A DNA stretch of 64,000 nucleotides from a virus. A program made the translations under genes and the position numbers. Below the pieces are notes generated by a model. The model saw only the letters and a program-made list of their open reading frames with translations. It was not told the origin of the DNA and did no database searches. Where the stretch lies: IMG/VR virus record IMGVR_UViG_3300020183_000010. One strand, written 5' to 3'. This document shows, in pieces, positions 10,901 to 20,529 of the stretch (position 1 is its first letter; the number at the start of each line of letters is the position of its first letter).

Positions 10901-13900
10901 CTCCATTATCTACGAAATCACTAACCGAATATGCTAAGCTATCAGAAGGGTCCTTCTCGTTTATTTTTATTAGTGGGGTTAAACTGTTTTCTATCCCTAT
11001 CCATTTAACATCGTTTCTATCTATTTTTATACAATTAGTTAAAATAGAAACTCCTGGCATAACACTATTAGAAGAATCATATACAGTATAGTTAGCACCA
11101 TCGAATTTAATAACATCTTCCCCTGTTACCCAAATATCGCCATCTGCGTCCCAAGCTATCCCAGTAGGTTGAAATAAAACGGGAGAATATGTTGGTACTT
11201 TATAAAAAGTCGATGAGATATTTTTAGGTCCCGGATTGGTGCTAAGATCGGGAGATATAGGGTTACTATTTATATAGAAGTTATTAGGGAGTTCCGAGAA
11301 TCCTCTAACAGTGTAATCAAATCTTTTTATATTCTCGTCGATTGAATCATTTAACTGATCTGCAGCTTCGCTAAGATCTAAATAATTATTACCAGGAGAA
11401 TCAGTTTCTCCAAAAACTAAACCTAATGAATCTTTCGTAACTCTGACTCTATCACCATATTGTAAAGAGTATAAATCAAATCCGCCTAACCAATCGTTAT
11501 GGTAATCATACATATCCCATGTATGAGCATAAGCTTTTTCAAATTCAAAGTCCTCGAACGTATCCCAAGAAAGTCTTTTAGTACCCCAGAATCTTATATT
11601 TTTATTAGGAAGATTTGTAAAATTGTATTCTAAATATTCTTCAGTCTCGTTAGATCCTCCACTAAATAACCCGGATGTTAATGATGTAAGTATAGAACCG
11701 GTAACTTGAATATTTAAAGATTTCCCGTTCCATAAAGCTCCACTATTATTAGGAGCCTGTAAAGTAAACTTTTTATATCCAGGAGTTGTTGAATCGATTA
11801 GATTTATAACCTTGTATTTAGGATTTAATGGTGAAGAATTTATTGTACTGTATATTAAACTAGATGTTGAATTTAAATCACCTAAAAAATTACAATCAGC
11901 TATTAATAGAGAGTCAGCAGTTATCTTAATATTACCAGAACCATAGACATATCCACCCGTTATTGCAGTTATAATTATTTCTGGAATTTCAAAAGTATTG
12001 GCGCCAGTTACTGTTATTGGATATTGTGCATAGGGAGAACCAGTGGAATCATATATCCATACAGTATCACCAGAAGAGTATCCATGGGGCGTTGTAGTAG
12101 TTACTATAGCTAGAGAATATCCAGATCCGTTGTATGTACTGACAATATTAACAATGTCTATTTTATCTATGCCTATTTCAAAGTCTATTGTTGCTTTAAC
12201 TTCTGGAATCTTACTGAGTACCTCACATATTTGACCCTCTTCAAAGTTGTTGGAATATTCCGGATAATTTTCTATCATATCCGAAATGTTAAGAATCTTA
12301 TTGGTATTTTCAACAGGGAAAATCCACTGAGAAGGATAACTGTCCCATTTTAGTGGTGCATTTTCCCAGTTGTAGATTTCAGATTCTCTAAATCTAGTAA
12401 TAGTATTTAATTCTATAGATCTTCTATCTACTTTTAATACAGATCTTTTTATTCCCAAAGATATAGAGTTTAAAGTGTCCCAAACTCTACATTTGATATT
12501 ATATTTACCAACATAAGGAACAAAATGAACAATAGTTTCTAAATCAGGTAACCCTCCCCTTATTTGAAAGAAATACGGGCTCTCGTCATCGTCTTTGTAT
12601 ATTGTCCATTCAATCTCATAAAAATCCAAATATGGTATTCTATTCCACGAGTAAAATCCATCGGATTGAACAAAATTTTCGTAATATTCAAAATTATATG
12701 TGCTAAATCCTAAATTTGTTGGTGTAACTTTCCAATTTGAATATTCCCCAGATCCTCTCGTATACATCATCTGTATATAAAGATCTCCGGTTACAGTATT
12801 ATAATCACCAGCACTACAATAACCCAAAACTAAATTACCTGGTGAATTTATAGATTCAACCCTAACAAATATAACCTCAGGAAAAGATGTGTCGAACCAA
12901 TCTTTACCTGGACCAATATTAATAGTTACATTAGAAGGAAAAGTTGTGGGTAATGTAAAAGTACTTGTACTTGTAGCAATTTGAGCTGGTCCACCAGGGT
13001 TGCTAGTAGTGGTTGTACTGTAGCTAGCTATTTGTAAAGGAGTAGTGGTTACAGTAGTATCAAAAGAATTCCACGTTGCACTTATTTCTTCCCAAGAAAG
13101 GGTAAACGTATTATCTTTAATAATTATTGGACACCCTGCAGGAAACACATATTCGCTACCATTTGAAAATAACTTATATCCAGGATAATCGTAATCACCG
13201 TCGCCTAAAAATTTAGGCATAGTTCCATTGTTTACATCATCATAGAAAGACTTAATAGCATTCTCCCAAGAAGGAATAGATGATATAGGATATTCTTGAA
13301 AAGAAGAATAAGGGTCCGTAATATTTCCGTAATAGCTTATACCTTCCTCCGTTCCATTTATGGCAGGATATAATAATCCTTGTTGGTTAGGTTTAGTATA
13401 GAAAGGCCTAAGATCCTCAATATATCCATTCTCTGGGAAAACATTGAAGTCAACTTTTATACCTCCTTTAATTTCACTTATATCTACCCTATCAGTCCAC
13501 CCTCTAGTTTTATAAATATTAAAGTAAACTCCCTCTCCTGTTATATCAATTATCCTGGCATTAAGAGGAAGATAATCCCTCTTTAACCTTTCCTTTAATC
13601 CAAATAATTTTATAAGTACCTCCTCCGGACTAAAAGCAAATGAATCTTCAACTATAGGATATCCATATTGATCCTCATCTTGATCTTCTAAAACCCTATT
13701 TATATCATAGAATAAACCAAATAATGATGTTTTCTTAAAAGACTTAGAAGGGAAAAGCTGTTCAAATTGTTTCTTTAAACCAAATGTTCCGTCTTTTCTT
13801 TTACCGTATACCTCTACCTGTTTAAACTTACCCTCGTTTTCGTCTTTTATTAAGCTGCTTATAAGTTCTAATTTACTCTGTCCTTCTATATTAGGCTGGC

Positions 13901-14774
13901 TTAATTGATTTAATATTTTTTGATTTTGTTGTAAAGGCGTTAGCGTATCGGCATCATCTTTTTTTATATTTAACCAGTATTCCTTAACCCTTAAGTCATA
14001 ATATCCAAAGAATTTTATGGCGTTAAATAATGATTTATAAGAACCTAAATAGGGAAATATACTCTCACCAGCTAAGAGCAACTCTTTTCTCTTTTTGTTA
14101 ATTATTTCATAATCGGGAAATTCGTCCTTGATGTCTCCTTCCCTTACTATTAGAGCATCCGACTGATTAAATTCTCTACCAAAGTTACCTAATAAAACTG
14201 CAAGTCTGCTGTCTTCACCCTCTACCTCACCGTGAAATCCAACCTTTAATATTGTTACAGGATTATTTGGATCGCTGTAGTCCTCCAATATTAACGATCT
14301 ATCATATATCCCTTCTGTATCAGAATTTAATGCAATGTTAATTTGCATTGAAGAAGGATTAATATCACTAGTAACAACTATACCACTAGGAGAAGCAATA
14401 GTGTCTCCTACAACAACCTCCGGATAAAATTCAATATTATTAGCCTTAACTAGAATCGGAGCATCCAATTCACTATCCACTCCTAGTTCGTAGGTGTATA
14501 TTATATTAGATACATCCTTTTTTCCGTCATAATTAGACTCCCATCGTGTTCTCCACACAGGAGAACCTGGGCTAACTCCATAAGAATGAGGGAAACCGTA
14601 TTTTATTTCTGATGATAAATCTAAAAATTTCTCTATTATAAAGATGTGTTGTACCTCAAATAGTTTTTCAGAAACAATAGGGAAAAGTACTGAACCCTCC
14701 CAATAATTTCCATTCCATTTAAAAATATATTGGTCTCCTTTTTTGTCAAAGAATAAAAGATTTTCTAGAGTCAT
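7995..14774 (-). CDS. Giant baseplate-associated virion protein (2259 aa) with beta-propeller repeats and PKD-like domains
   Basis: Directly follows the gp6-like wedge gene; contains NSGIPSDNVYSIELDKLNHKWIGT-type two-component-regulator propeller repeats, SBBP-like repeats (DSEENVYITGSY, DIFVIKL) and PGFYTISCEL PKD-like C-terminus. Confidence 0.7.
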   Translation of the reverse strand: MTLENLLFFDKKGDQYIFKWNGNYWEGSVLFPIVSEKLFEVQHIFIIEKFLDLSSEIKYGFPHSYGVSPGSPVWRTRWESNYDGKKDVSNIIYTYELGVDSELDAPILVKANNIEFYPEVVVGDTIASPSGIVVTSDINPSSMQINIALNSDTEGIYDRSLILEDYSDPNNPVTILKVGFHGEVEGEDSRLAVLLGNFGREFNQSDALIVREGDIKDEFPDYEIINKKRKELLLAGESIFPYLGSYKSLFNAIKFFGYYDLRVKEYWLNIKKDDADTLTPLQQNQKILNQLSQPNIEGQSKLELISSLIKDENEGKFKQVEVYGKRKDGTFGLKKQFEQLFPSKSFKKTSLFGLFYDINRVLEDQDEDQYGYPIVEDSFAFSPEEVLIKLFGLKERLKRDYLPLNARIIDITGEGVYFNIYKTRGWTDRVDISEIKGGIKVDFNVFPENGYIEDLRPFYTKPNQQGLLYPAINGTEEGISYYGNITDPYSSFQEYPISSIPSWENAIKSFYDDVNNGTMPKFLGDGDYDYPGYKLFSNGSEYVFPAGCPIIIKDNTFTLSWEEISATWNSFDTTVTTTPLQIASYSTTTTSNPGGPAQIATSTSTFTLPTTFPSNVTINIGPGKDWFDTSFPEVIFVRVESINSPGNLVLGYCSAGDYNTVTGDLYIQMMYTRGSGEYSNWKVTPTNLGFSTYNFEYYENFVQSDGFYSWNRIPYLDFYEIEWTIYKDDDESPYFFQIRGGLPDLETIVHFVPYVGKYNIKCRVWDTLNSISLGIKRSVLKVDRRSIELNTITRFRESEIYNWENAPLKWDSYPSQWIFPVENTNKILNISDMIENYPEYSNNFEEGQICEVLSKIPEVKATIDFEIGIDKIDIVNIVSTYNGSGYSLAIVTTTTPHGYSSGDTVWIYDSTGSPYAQYPITVTGANTFEIPEIIITAITGGYVYGSGNIKITADSLLIADCNFLGDLNSTSSLIYSTINSSPLNPKYKVINLIDSTTPGYKKFTLQAPNNSGALWNGKSLNIQVTGSILTSLTSGLFSGGSNETEEYLEYNFTNLPNKNIRFWGTKRLSWDTFEDFEFEKAYAHTWDMYDYHNDWLGGFDLYSLQYGDRVRVTKDSLGLVFGETDSPGNNYLDLSEAADQLNDSIDENIKRFDYTVRGFSELPNNFYINSNPISPDLSTNPGPKNISSTFYKVPTYSPVLFQPTGIAWDADGDIWVTGEDVIKFDGANYTVYDSSNSVMPGVSILTNCIKIDRNDVKWIGIENSLTPLIKINEKDPSDSLAYSVSDFVDNGGNPVSPITASSITSIEINPQSGDIFAAFTCNSSPSFDGLLFYDSSAKSWGLYTTNNSDIPSDNIRDLRLEYYGINKWYLWIATDAGLSRFDGVRFKNYNSGNSGIPSDNVYSIELDKLNHKWIGTDSGLVYWDQIRWAVWNNSTNPELSSGSFGNIVETGNANIWFTIDTTSSPGSAELYFFDGYFFTKVLYRNDGLTLIDPCNVFRGKTMLSAPWKTIKNGQTTYPKNLLFLTDQGEIGKLDYVIPHIHATSKTPGTNGWDFVYHETSTPLPSVEYIYKSGIGDSQLGFSFIVGPFVDNITLNSDYTRPVMPNVDRYSWYKPIWQRYSVDRLKDQFPSLNLDDVFLYAPLRDILNGKANKEPYWRNSQIERIAQKKSRDLFENFEWVITLGNSSPDQGVKVTVDSEGDIIAIGDFTGTIFMGEVNNIGTQDIYLNSPEQGVYIAKYNKGGVIQWATSISTNSPQGPIYARSVITDAHSNIYVACDNNLTGFIEINKYNSDGVLVGVINVPVSPDQFLGDIKVDKYENIYICGSFEGTLNLGTYSLSSSGQDAAFVAKIDPSLNFVWAKQLTTTTYSKAYELAVLKEEYLYLTGVFDTQIDLGPITLNGLGNPDMFVAKFSTGDGKCLWGDSFAYDSSTSFGNTSICIDPKGHVLVTGSFDGTIESEGQKITSFPGATDIFVIKLLSTGKLMWLKMCGGQSGDTSYDIESDSEENVYITGSYTSPAYFSPDEIEARGGTDIYLTKFNSDGILVDIVTAGGLNNDSGADLVLDKEENIYITGYFEGESDFSPYIVLSPPGGSLDAFLGKIPKQRFQSGLKIGSVQSWLGSHSWSWKEEKLYNKEFEIPLATTIFINPIDSLIPGKKNHIWTLTDTETGETIVKIRKTPYFIWTFLNPGFYTISCELQDANGNIYQTEHKGMIRVIDHKEAFAGDLKPEVVNPEDYLLRSIYYNRKELGFPPLNKYQDLF

Positions 14775-14775
14775 T

Positions 14776-15021
14776 CTATCTCACGTATTTGTTGTTTTTA
14801 GGAACTGTATAGTTAATATAGTTCTTTATGTACTTAGCAGTTTCAAACCAATAATAAACTACCCTCTCTATACTAGCTAATATGTCCATTCTATTTGCAT
14901 CTCCTTGTAAGATAGGATTCGATAGAGTATTTTCAAATATCTTGTTCTCGTAGTCAAATCCAACATTGGATCTTATCTCGTTTTGTGTTTTTATGAAATC
15001 ATACCAGCTTTGCTTTTCCAT
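14776..15021 (-). CDS. Small hypothetical protein in baseplate operon
   Basis: 81 aa ORF with 1-nt gaps to both neighbours. Confidence 0.65.
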   Translation of the reverse strand: MEKQSWYDFIKTQNEIRSNVGFDYENKIFENTLSNPILQGDANRMDILASIERVVYYWFETAKYIKNYINYTVPKNNKYVR

Positions 15022-15022
15022 T

Positions 15023-16720
15023 TTAATTTCCTGTTTTTAGTGAGCTTTTTAATAATCCATTTACCCTAGCATTATAAGTATAAGGAACAATAGCTCTAAT
15101 GTCTATATTGATTGATGACAAGGTTTCCATTCCTGCTCCAAGATCATAGAATATACCATTTCTGTCTTCCCATCCTCCTGATATAATAACTATCTCATCC
15201 TTACCCATTAGTATATCTCCAAACTCATCGAATCCTATCTCCGGAGAATTAGGATTTTGTGCTTTTGCTGCTTCGTTTTCTTCGCCTACAAAATATAAAG
15301 AAACAGAATCTACTCCTTCTATCTCTTCTATAGAAGCGATTAAGTCAGATCTAGGTATTTTATCCCTCCTCCTAATATTTAAGAAGTAATTACTAAGGGT
15401 ATTTGTTATAGTTGTCTTTAAAGTATCAGGATCATTACCTTCGAACATAGTCAATGCTATATTTACGACGTATCTTTTTATAACGGGATCTAATATTTTA
15501 ACTTCAGTTGTTACTATTTTCTGTCCGCTCTCATCTAATAGTTGATAGATCCTGTCTCTTTGTGGCTGAGTTAGTTTAAATCTTGAAACTGGTATATCGA
15601 AGTATGTTTCGTTACTTTTTAAAGTTAATTGTATATCAGGAACTAAAATTAAGTAAACTATATTATCATCATCTATATACTGATCATCAAAAGTTGTAAA
15701 AGCCTCTATTATAGAAAATTGGCCAAACTTCTCGAAAAATGTTATGTAATTGGTAGGATTAGCCAAAACAAAGCTTCTAGATGTTTTAGGTGCTATTAAC
15801 CTTGTTAAATCTACAGACTCTTGATTTGCTCCCATCTGTGGAGCAATAGTACAAGAAACTTGGAGAACGTCTGAAAGTGTAACAGTGTTCCCAAAAAGAT
15901 CTGTGCCTTCTGAATCAAAATTAAATATAGCTTGGGACGAATCGTCGAGTAGCAAGTTCCCTCCACTGCCGGATGATTCTAAGTATGTTATCTCTATAAC
16001 CGATCCAGCTGCTGGGGGTAATCCAAAATCCCTATTTCCAAAGAAAACGTCTATTCCTGATATAAGGGAGCTTCTTACTAAATACCCAAGTCCATTTCGT
16101 GGTATATCGTATAAAGAGTCATATCTTTTCCATTCTACACCATTTACTTTAACATAAACCTCAAAATTTTCTATACCTGATGTACCTCTTGATGATATAT
16201 TAAAACTCTGAAGAAAATCACCACTCCCAGTATATTGGTTAACTGAAAGAGTACCCTCCATTATTGAGCATCTTAAATTTGCTGTACCATCTAGGTTTAA
16301 TCTTGTATATTCCTGAGGGAATTTTAATAAATAAAATTTACCATTATTAACGCATTTTATTTGTGAATTTTTAGGAATAAGTACTGCACTTCCTCCGATG
16401 TTTTCTATATTTTTTCCGTTCCATTTAATAGTAACCTCGCCTTTAGCAGATATGTTTCTGGTTGGATTGTGACCAGCTAAGGTTGCCAATCCATAGATAG
16501 ATGATTCTCTTGTTGCCGTATTTATATTTAATTCTGTAATTGAATCCTCAATAAAGAATAAAACAAACTGAGATAAGTTATCTAATACGAATATTATTTG
16601 TCCCCATACAGAAGCAACGGTAAATAATTGATTAGACATTCCGTACCTAGCCTGAATCAGCTCAAAAGTTTGAGCTATTAAATCAGATATTTTAGCTTGA
16701 TTTTTTGATAATAAATCCAT
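15023..16720 (-). CDS. Baseplate wedge subunit, T4 gp6-like
   Basis: TATRESSIYGLATLAGHNP, FGNRDFGLPP...IEITYLESSGSGGN, ESVDLTRLIAP motifs typical of gp6/baseplate J. Confidence 0.8.
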   Translation of the reverse strand: MDLLSKNQAKISDLIAQTFELIQARYGMSNQLFTVASVWGQIIFVLDNLSQFVLFFIEDSITELNINTATRESSIYGLATLAGHNPTRNISAKGEVTIKWNGKNIENIGGSAVLIPKNSQIKCVNNGKFYLLKFPQEYTRLNLDGTANLRCSIMEGTLSVNQYTGSGDFLQSFNISSRGTSGIENFEVYVKVNGVEWKRYDSLYDIPRNGLGYLVRSSLISGIDVFFGNRDFGLPPAAGSVIEITYLESSGSGGNLLLDDSSQAIFNFDSEGTDLFGNTVTLSDVLQVSCTIAPQMGANQESVDLTRLIAPKTSRSFVLANPTNYITFFEKFGQFSIIEAFTTFDDQYIDDDNIVYLILVPDIQLTLKSNETYFDIPVSRFKLTQPQRDRIYQLLDESGQKIVTTEVKILDPVIKRYVVNIALTMFEGNDPDTLKTTITNTLSNYFLNIRRRDKIPRSDLIASIEEIEGVDSVSLYFVGEENEAAKAQNPNSPEIGFDEFGDILMGKDEIVIISGGWEDRNGIFYDLGAGMETLSSINIDIRAIVPYTYNARVNGLLKSSLKTGN

Positions 16721-16722
16721 TT

Positions 16723-17094
16723 CTATAATATTTTAATTCCTAATATAGGGTTTCCTTTAATGGCAAAATCTATAACACACGCATCTCTCGTTTCTCCTCG
16801 TATAAACCCAACTTGAAACTCCACGTTAAAAACAGAATAAGCTAAAGGAACATAAGTAAGTAAATGTAAATCTATTGCTCTTGTTAAAGTATTCTGATCA
16901 ACATCAAGATCAAATATAAGTCCTTCTAGATCTATACCAAAATAAGGGTCTCCCAAAACCTCACCAGGCCTTGTCATCATACAATTTTTAATCATACCAA
17001 TAAGTATTTCTACTTCGTCATCGGTATGTAAAAGTCCTTCCTTGTAATTAGGATCGTCTGGGTTCCTCGGATAAATTTCGGAATATCTTGCCAT
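16723..17094 (-). CDS. Baseplate wedge protein, gp25-like
   Basis: TRPGEVLGDPYFGIDL motif, 123 aa, adjacent to gp6-like gene. Confidence 0.8.
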   Translation of the reverse strand: MARYSEIYPRNPDDPNYKEGLLHTDDEVEILIGMIKNCMMTRPGEVLGDPYFGIDLEGLIFDLDVDQNTLTRAIDLHLLTYVPLAYSVFNVEFQVGFIRGETRDACVIDFAIKGNPILGIKIL

Positions 17095-17132
17095 CTTGTT
17101 CTATATATTCCTAGGATTAATAACACAATAAA

Positions 17133-17912
17133 TTAATTCCACTGCAAGAAGTATGAAGGTGTATTCTCGTCTTTTATCATTTGGATAATCTCCTGTTTTT
17201 CTGTAGTTCCAAGAGTTTGTATATTGTTATAATTAACTCTTACACCACCTGGGAGATTATATTCGAATGTACCTAACAATCTACCAATATTAATCTTAGC
17301 CTCTGCCAAGCAGAATCTAACAAATAATTCGTCATCGTATAGGCTTTCCTCTGGGATATCTATATAAGCTCTAACACCAACATCCGTTCCGGTAAAAAGT
17401 GTAGATGAACTTCCTCCATCGGTTTGGTACGTTCTGTTTGGATCTCTACCAAGGATAGTAAGTCTCTTTGTGTTTTTGTTATAGTTAAATGCGTATGTTT
17501 CCAATAAATATGCTTTAGCTAAATCAAAGAATGAATATAAAACAGTTCTATAAACTAAATTGTCACCAGCAAAAGGAGAAAGCATAAGTTCAGATCCTAA
17601 TAATTTAGAATCACCAAAATCCTTATCAGGTGTACCGATTAATCCAGAACCATTTACTTCTCTAACCTCGTATATGGATCTAACACACGATGGCATCTGT
17701 ATTTGTCTGGCGGCTCTAAAAGATTGTGTTGAAAATAATTCTCTACCTAGTACAAATATTCTATCCTCCACAGCATACTGATAATTGTCATAAAAATAAG
17801 CTCTAGCTCTTTTTATAATCCTTTTTATTTCCTGCTCATTGAGATTATATGGTAAAGCACAAGAATGAGAGATGTCATCCTTTATTTCTTGAATTAGATC
17901 TGCTTCAGTCAT
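17133..17912 (-). CDS. Neck/head-tail adaptor protein, T4 gp13-like
   Basis: C-terminal LPGGVRVNYNNI motif and YNKNTKRLTILG segment; size matches. Confidence 0.7.
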   Translation of the reverse strand: MTEADLIQEIKDDISHSCALPYNLNEQEIKRIIKRARAYFYDNYQYAVEDRIFVLGRELFSTQSFRAARQIQMPSCVRSIYEVREVNGSGLIGTPDKDFGDSKLLGSELMLSPFAGDNLVYRTVLYSFFDLAKAYLLETYAFNYNKNTKRLTILGRDPNRTYQTDGGSSSTLFTGTDVGVRAYIDIPEESLYDDELFVRFCLAEAKINIGRLLGTFEYNLPGGVRVNYNNIQTLGTTEKQEIIQMIKDENTPSYFLQWN

Positions 17913-17917
17913 GTGAT

Positions 17918-19360
17918 TTAATTATTTGATTTGAAGTTTATACCTGGTATACCAGAAGGCTTAGAATTATTATCAGAAAATCTAGCAGGCTGGGATGGCT
18001 GATCCCCAGCATTTCTATTAGGAAATTGTTTTTTCTTTAAACTTCCTTTTAACTTCTTATCATCTTCAGCATCTTTAACAATTTCAGTTTCTGGAGATAT
18101 AGTTGCTAATTTGCCGATGAATCCAGATCTTATTATTCCCCCAAAAACCTCGCAGTTTATTTCTTTATCTTTATTATCTATGTAGCTATCGTGTACCGTA
18201 TTAGTAAAGTAAAGATCCGATATCATTATCTTAGAACGATTTATTTCGTTGTTCGTTATAAGATCACACTCCTCTATAGTACAATCGTTTAATTTACAAG
18301 TAAACAATCTACAATTTAATAAATTACCTGCTATCTCACCTTCAAGAATATCATAATCCTTAAGCAAATAAGCCCTAGGAGTTTTAATGTCCTTTAATTG
18401 GAATTTACCCAGGGAGCTGTCATAATTTATTAATCCCTCCTTAATGTTATTCTCTACAATTAGATCATAAAGAACTTCCCTTATAGTGAGAAAGAAAGAT
18501 CTTAGTATTTGTGGATCTGAACGTAGATCCACCATGATATTCATGTGCGGGTAATTTTTCTGAAATGCAGCAGGGTCAATGAAAGTAGAAGAGTTCTTGT
18601 AAATCTCATTCAAGAACATTTTTAAGATTTTTAAATCATTATCAGTAAATCCATTATTAAACTTTAATACCTCTACCGTATAAGTTATTATATAATCTAT
18701 TACTTCTTTAATCCCTGTATATCTTTTTTGATAATCTTTCCCTCCTAAATATCTAACCTCAAAATATCCTTCTGGAAGTTTTAGGAAATTTATTCCCATA
18801 TTTTTTTCTAAAGGCACTTCGAAAAGATTTTTATCAATAAAAGAGATATTACTAGGATCTACAAATCTATTTATAGGAACTATTCTTTTTATAGATTTAG
18901 CATATAACGATCCTGCTCTCTCCGGAAATCTCTTATAGATAAAGTTCTCATCAAATCCCAAAATATACTTAAGGGTATTAATCTGATTCATAGGAGGTAC
19001 CTCTGGATAAATCGATGTGTCTATGCTCACTCCAAATTGAAAAGCACATTTTTTATCAGTGTACCCATTCTCATCTATCCATTTTAATGTTTTTATGAGA
19101 ATTACTATGGCCTCAAAATAAGGAAGAGGGCCCGTGATGAATTCAACCATCTTGGATCCTCCTGAGTAGTCCGGCTCTAATTTAAATATGTCCTTGTTAG
19201 GTTTAAAATTAGAGTGATATTTATTAAAAAGAAGTATCTTTTTTCCTAATACTTTCCCTAGCTCTCTCGCTATATCATTTCTATTTAAGTTACTATAGAA
19301 CTCAAATTCAAAACCCAATTTAGCGGAGTAGAAAAAATCATTAGTAAGTAAATTAGCCAA
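17918..19360 (-). CDS. Putative amidoligase (COOH-NH2 ligase-like)
   Basis: GFEFEF, EPDYSGG...EFITGPL and FEVRYLGG motifs; C-terminal repetitive beta-helix-like tail. Confidence 0.6.
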   Translation of the reverse strand: MANLLTNDFFYSAKLGFEFEFYSNLNRNDIARELGKVLGKKILLFNKYHSNFKPNKDIFKLEPDYSGGSKMVEFITGPLPYFEAIVILIKTLKWIDENGYTDKKCAFQFGVSIDTSIYPEVPPMNQINTLKYILGFDENFIYKRFPERAGSLYAKSIKRIVPINRFVDPSNISFIDKNLFEVPLEKNMGINFLKLPEGYFEVRYLGGKDYQKRYTGIKEVIDYIITYTVEVLKFNNGFTDNDLKILKMFLNEIYKNSSTFIDPAAFQKNYPHMNIMVDLRSDPQILRSFFLTIREVLYDLIVENNIKEGLINYDSSLGKFQLKDIKTPRAYLLKDYDILEGEIAGNLLNCRLFTCKLNDCTIEECDLITNNEINRSKIMISDLYFTNTVHDSYIDNKDKEINCEVFGGIIRSGFIGKLATISPETEIVKDAEDDKKLKGSLKKKQFPNRNAGDQPSQPARFSDNNSKPSGIPGINFKSNN

Positions 19361-19363
19361 CTT

Positions 19364-20473
19364 TTATTTCTCTATTAATTGTATTTTAAGAGTAGAACTA
19401 TCTACACTTAAGATCGAGAAATCAACCGATTGCCCAACCTCGTATTCTTTAATAGAGCTTACTAATTTCTCTTTTTCGATAAGACCTGACAATCCATTTT
19501 CCATTTTAACGAAAACCCCGAAAGTTTTAATTTTAGTAACCTCTCCTTTATATATTTTCAAATCGGTATTTTCCCCTAAAACTTCGGATGAAGTATCCTT
19601 CATTTCCTGAATACTTTTCATTTTTCCATTAGGCTCTGTAACAGATAAATTTATTCTTTGCGGATTTTTTATATCTATTACATAAAATTCAACAGAATCT
19701 CCAGCCTTATAATTCTCTAATATCGATCTATTAGAATCATCCATGGATATTATTCCCGTATAGATTTCGCTCCATTCAACAAATACACCATTATTAGATA
19801 ATCCTGTAACAGTTCCTTGATATCTTGTTGAGAAAGAAAGATTCTGAACTTCCCTGTCGATAATTTTTCTAAGATATTTTTTGAAAGATACAACAAATAT
19901 ATCTCTCTTTTGGTCATAAACTTCAACCATTACTGTAAGTTCTTTACCTACATAGTCTGAAAAGTTCATAATACGATTTGCTGCTGCAAGACTTCCAGGA
20001 AGAAAACATTCTATTCCTGATAGATCCACCATAAATCCTCCGTTACAAACATTTTTAACTCTGACCTTAAATGCACAGTCCTCGTCTTTAATCGATCTAT
20101 GTAATTCTCTTTTTAAAGCTTTCTCGTATCCTGCAGAAACAGAACCATTAAAAGAACCTGAAGAATCTTTTTGTATTAAGACATCTAAAGTCTGTCCCTC
20201 ATTTATTTCTATTGAAGGATAACCGAGTTTCCTCATGTTTTTTTCTTCCTTCCTTGTATCAATTATAATAGTTTGTCCAAATGGGGTTTCTCCTAAAGCA
20301 ACACCCTTTTCAAGGTCTACTGATGTTATTACTATGCTTTCAGAAGAATTGTTTTGTATGTCCTTTCCTGTCATTTTTTTATTATCCTCTGGGAAGGTAC
20401 CATTATAAATAGCTTCAAGTCTTTCTCTTTCTGCTAAATCATAATCAAAGGAACTAAAATTTTTGTTTTTCAT
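19364..20473 (-). CDS. Ribosomal protein S1 (bS1)-like multi-S1-domain RNA-binding protein
   Basis: GGFMVDLSGIECFLPGS (typical of bS1 domain 2), GTVTGLSNNGVFVE, GEVTKIKTFGVFVKMENGLSGLI; start at 20473 preferred over 20491 because of promoter-like motif position. Confidence 0.8.
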   Translation of the reverse strand: MKNKNFSSFDYDLAERERLEAIYNGTFPEDNKKMTGKDIQNNSSESIVITSVDLEKGVALGETPFGQTIIIDTRKEEKNMRKLGYPSIEINEGQTLDVLIQKDSSGSFNGSVSAGYEKALKRELHRSIKDEDCAFKVRVKNVCNGGFMVDLSGIECFLPGSLAAANRIMNFSDYVGKELTVMVEVYDQKRDIFVVSFKKYLRKIIDREVQNLSFSTRYQGTVTGLSNNGVFVEWSEIYTGIISMDDSNRSILENYKAGDSVEFYVIDIKNPQRINLSVTEPNGKMKSIQEMKDTSSEVLGENTDLKIYKGEVTKIKTFGVFVKMENGLSGLIEKEKLVSSIKEYEVGQSVDFSILSVDSSTLKIQLIEK

Positions 20474-20493
20474 GTTATTTGGGTTTATCATTG

Positions 20494-20522
20494 TTTGTAG
20501 TATAAAATTGCATTAAAATTTC
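20494..20522 (-). promoter_or_regulatory. Putative class-2 (middle-like) promoter GAAA-N19-TACAAA
   Basis: Same spacing and motif found at four other non-structural gene starts. Confidence 0.45.
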
Positions 20523-20529
20523 CAAGAAG

